Origin: Azolla caroliniana
Taxonomy: Eukaryota > Plantae > Polypodiophyta
Direction: 5' to 3'
DNA length: 64,000 nt
NCBI GenBank assembly: GCA_043228905.1
Contig: JBHGNT010000012.1
Coordinates: 16,926,001-16,990,000 of the forward strand
Shown: one piece after another, positions 61,713 to 64,000 of the stretch
Numbering within the stretch: position 1 is the first letter of the stretch
Layout of the letters: the number at the start of each line of letters is the position of its first letter
Program-made: the position numbers and the translations under genes
Notes under the pieces: generated by a model
Databases searched by the model: none
Seen by the model: only the letters and a program-made list of their open reading frames with translations
What the model was told of the DNA's origin: nothing

Positions 61713-64000
61713 TTATCCCCCCTTTTCGATGAAGAGTTGCACGAGTCGGAAGAAAAGAGTTCAGACTTGGTTTATGAGGATATTGGTTGTGAAATGCAAC
61801 AACCATGTCGGAGGCATTGGCAAGATGTTCGGCAGGCTCCCATGTTCGATCATTAGGTGTATAGCCTAACCAATCAACCAAGTAGTATAGTTTGTTGCGA
61901 ATGATCTTGGAGTCGAGGATAGCGGCAACCTCATATTCAGAGCCATTGGAAACGTCAATTGGAGGTGGGGGAGGTGTAACACGACCCGGAATAGAGCTCG
62001 TTGTGTAGGGCTCCAAAAGTGAAACATGGAAGACCGGGTGAAGACGCATATGAGGAGGAAGATCAAGACGAAATGTCACATCATTGATCTTACCACTTAT
62101 GACATATGGGCCAAAACGTTGATAATCCAATTTGTAGCAAGGTCGGGTCGTTTTAATGCTACCTTGTAAGAGCCATACACGATCGCCTACTTGAAATGTA
62201 GTCGATGAATCACGCCGATGACGGTCAGCAATCTTCTTTTGAGTGTTTTGGGCTTCACATAAATGATGCAAAAGCATATCCTGAACTTCTTGGAGTCGAG
62301 TGAGCCGATCTTCAGCAGCTGGGTTTTTTGGGAGTTCAGGATGTTCAAGCATCGTCCAACGAGGATGGTACCCAATGTTTGCAAAAAATGGGGAATATCC
62401 AGTAGAAGAATGCTCGGAGTTGTTATAAGCAAATTCTGCCAAAGGTAGTAAATCCACCCAATCATCTTGTTGATAGTTGACAAAACAACGTAGATATTGC
62501 TCGACTGTTTGGTTGGTGCGCTCACTCTGCCCATTAGTCTCTGGATGGTAGCCGGAAGAGAGTTTACAAGAAGTATGTAAGAGTTTGAACATGTGCCACC
62601 AAAATTTCGAGATGAATTGGGGACCCCGATCACTGATAATATCATCCGGAAGACCATGATGGCGAAACACCTCCCGCATGAGTAAATCAGCTGTCTCTTG
62701 ACTAGTAATGGTCTTTGTGCATGGAAGGAAATGTGCCATCTTCGTAAAACGATCGACAACCGTGAGAATCGAATCAAATCCCTTGGAAGGTGGAAGATCC
62801 GTAATAAAGTCCAAGGAAATAGATTTCCATGGGCTCTCCGGAATAGGCATTGGCTGTAATAAGCCATATGGATGATGTCGAGGCTTTTTTGATCGGCAAC
62901 ATGTATCACAGCTACGAACATAATCCGTAACAAAATGGCGAAGCCGTGACCACCAATATCGGCGAGAAATCAACTCAAAAGTCTTGTGGATGCCGAAGTG
63001 TCCCGCCATTGGTGTGTCATGACATTGTTGCATGACTTTGAGTCGAGAAGGACCGTCAGGCACATACAAGAGAGTTTGTCGAAAAAGTAACCCATCATGC
63101 CAACTAAACTGGGTGTAGTCTAGACGAGGATTTTGAGTTTGGGAGCTAGATGCACGATTTGGGATAATATGGCTCAAAACCTCTTGGGCGAACGCATCAG
63201 TCGCAATCTGCTCATGAATGGAATCAAGAAGCCTTGAATCTCCCAGTGTGTTGATGGTATGCATTGCCATTATTCGTAGACGATCAGGACCTAAGAGGAT
63301 TTGCTTTTGGCTTTCAAATGCGGCCTCTCCAGGTTGAAGTTCCATATACGAACGTCTAGATAAAGCATCTGCTTTTCCTTGTTGCATCCCAGGGCGATAT
63401 AGAATTACAAAATCGAAACGAGTTAAGAACTGCGCCCAACGAGCTTGTCGTCGATTCAAGACTCGAGCACTTTGAAAGTATGTTAGATTTTTATGATCAT
63501 TGTAGACAATAATCTGCTGAGAAGAACCCTCCAGAAAATGACGCCATTGTTGAAAAGAATCCACAATGGCAAGAAGCTCTTTGTCGTGAATCTCATAGTT
63601 GATTTCTGCGGCTTCAAATTTTCGTGAGTGAAAAGCCACCGGGTGCAGTTCACCATCATCACCAATTTGGGATAGTACACTTCCGAGTGCGAAATCCGAT
63701 GCATCAGCTTCAAGTATAAAGCGCCTCATTGGATCGACATGGATTAAGATTGGTGCGGATGTAAATGCTTGCTTTAAACCCTCAAATGCAGAGTTCGCAT
63801 CTATACTCCATACAAATGATCGATTCTTGTGCGTCAGTTGAGTGAGGGGCAACACAATTTTTGAATAATCTTTGATGAACTTGCGATAAAAGTTTGCGAA
63901 CCCCAAAAAACATTGCACATCTCGCACGGACTGTGGTGTTTGCCAATCCAAAATTGTTTGAACCTTTGATGGATCCATAGAGATGCCATTTGAAGAGACT
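61705..64000 (-). CDS. pol: Chromovirus (Ty3/gypsy, Tcn1/Tf-like) pol: RT end, RNase H, integrase, chromodomain
   Basis: Uninterrupted frame of at least 757 aa: FLGFANFYRKFI, EADASDFALG, HDKELLAI, H..H..C..C zinc finger, SLDFITDLP, ISDRGPQF, GQSERTNQ, FGPY, chromodomain YEVAAILDS..YYLVDWLGY...TWEP; 5' part lies outside the window. Confidence 0.95.
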   Translation of the reverse strand, partial: VSSNGISMDPSKVQTILDWQTPQSVRDVQCFLGFANFYRKFIKDYSKIVLPLTQLTHKNRSFVWSIDANSAFEGLKQAFTSAPILIHVDPMRRFILEADASDFALGSVLSQIGDDGELHPVAFHSRKFEAAEINYEIHDKELLAIVDSFQQWRHFLEGSSQQIIVYNDHKNLTYFQSARVLNRRQARWAQFLTRFDFVILYRPGMQQGKADALSRRSYMELQPGEAAFESQKQILLGPDRLRIMAMHTINTLGDSRLLDSIHEQIATDAFAQEVLSHIIPNRASSSQTQNPRLDYTQFSWHDGLLFRQTLLYVPDGPSRLKVMQQCHDTPMAGHFGIHKTFELISRRYWWSRLRHFVTDYVRSCDTCCRSKKPRHHPYGLLQPMPIPESPWKSISLDFITDLPPSKGFDSILTVVDRFTKMAHFLPCTKTITSQETADLLMREVFRHHGLPDDIISDRGPQFISKFWWHMFKLLHTSCKLSSGYHPETNGQSERTNQTVEQYLRCFVNYQQDDWVDLLPLAEFAYNNSEHSSTGYSPFFANIGYHPRWTMLEHPELPKNPAAEDRLTRLQEVQDMLLHHLCEAQNTQKKIADRHRRDSSTTFQVGDRVWLLQGSIKTTRPCYKLDYQRFGPYVISGKINDVTFRLDLPPHMRLHPVFHVSLLEPYTTSSIPGRVTPPPPPIDVSNGSEYEVAAILDSKIIRNKLYYLVDWLGYTPNDRTWEPAEHLANASDMVVAFHNQYPHKPSLNSFLPTRATLHRKGGIMS

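Overview
Eukaryotic nuclear DNA from a land plant, probably a seed-free plant such as a fern (inferred from spliceosomal introns, AAACCCT telomere-type repeats, a Tcn1-like chromovirus and a mitochondrial nad7 fragment with i140/i209 introns and possible U-to-C editing states). Host genes: a 15-exon UPL1/UPL2-type HECT E3 ligase (7019-22169, +, about 3778 aa), an unrecognised single-exon 598-aa low-complexity ORF (28456-30252, +), PEX11B (41495-42433, -) and a 10-exon alpha/beta-hydrolase (43899-51838, -). The first coding intron of the hydrolase holds a chimeric mitochondrial insertion (rrn18 piece joined to nad7 intron-exon-intron) and a LINE fragment. The rest is nested LTR retrotransposons (one complete copia with LTRs, PBS, PPT and TSD), two hAT-type MITEs and tandem repeats. 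Most notable: a gypsy/chromovirus LTR family, seen three times, carries an antisense tRNA-like Pol III promoter at its U3 edge, and three copia elements with otherwise unrelated LTRs share a hairpin that encloses the polypurine tract. All calls are by eye; no database search was run.
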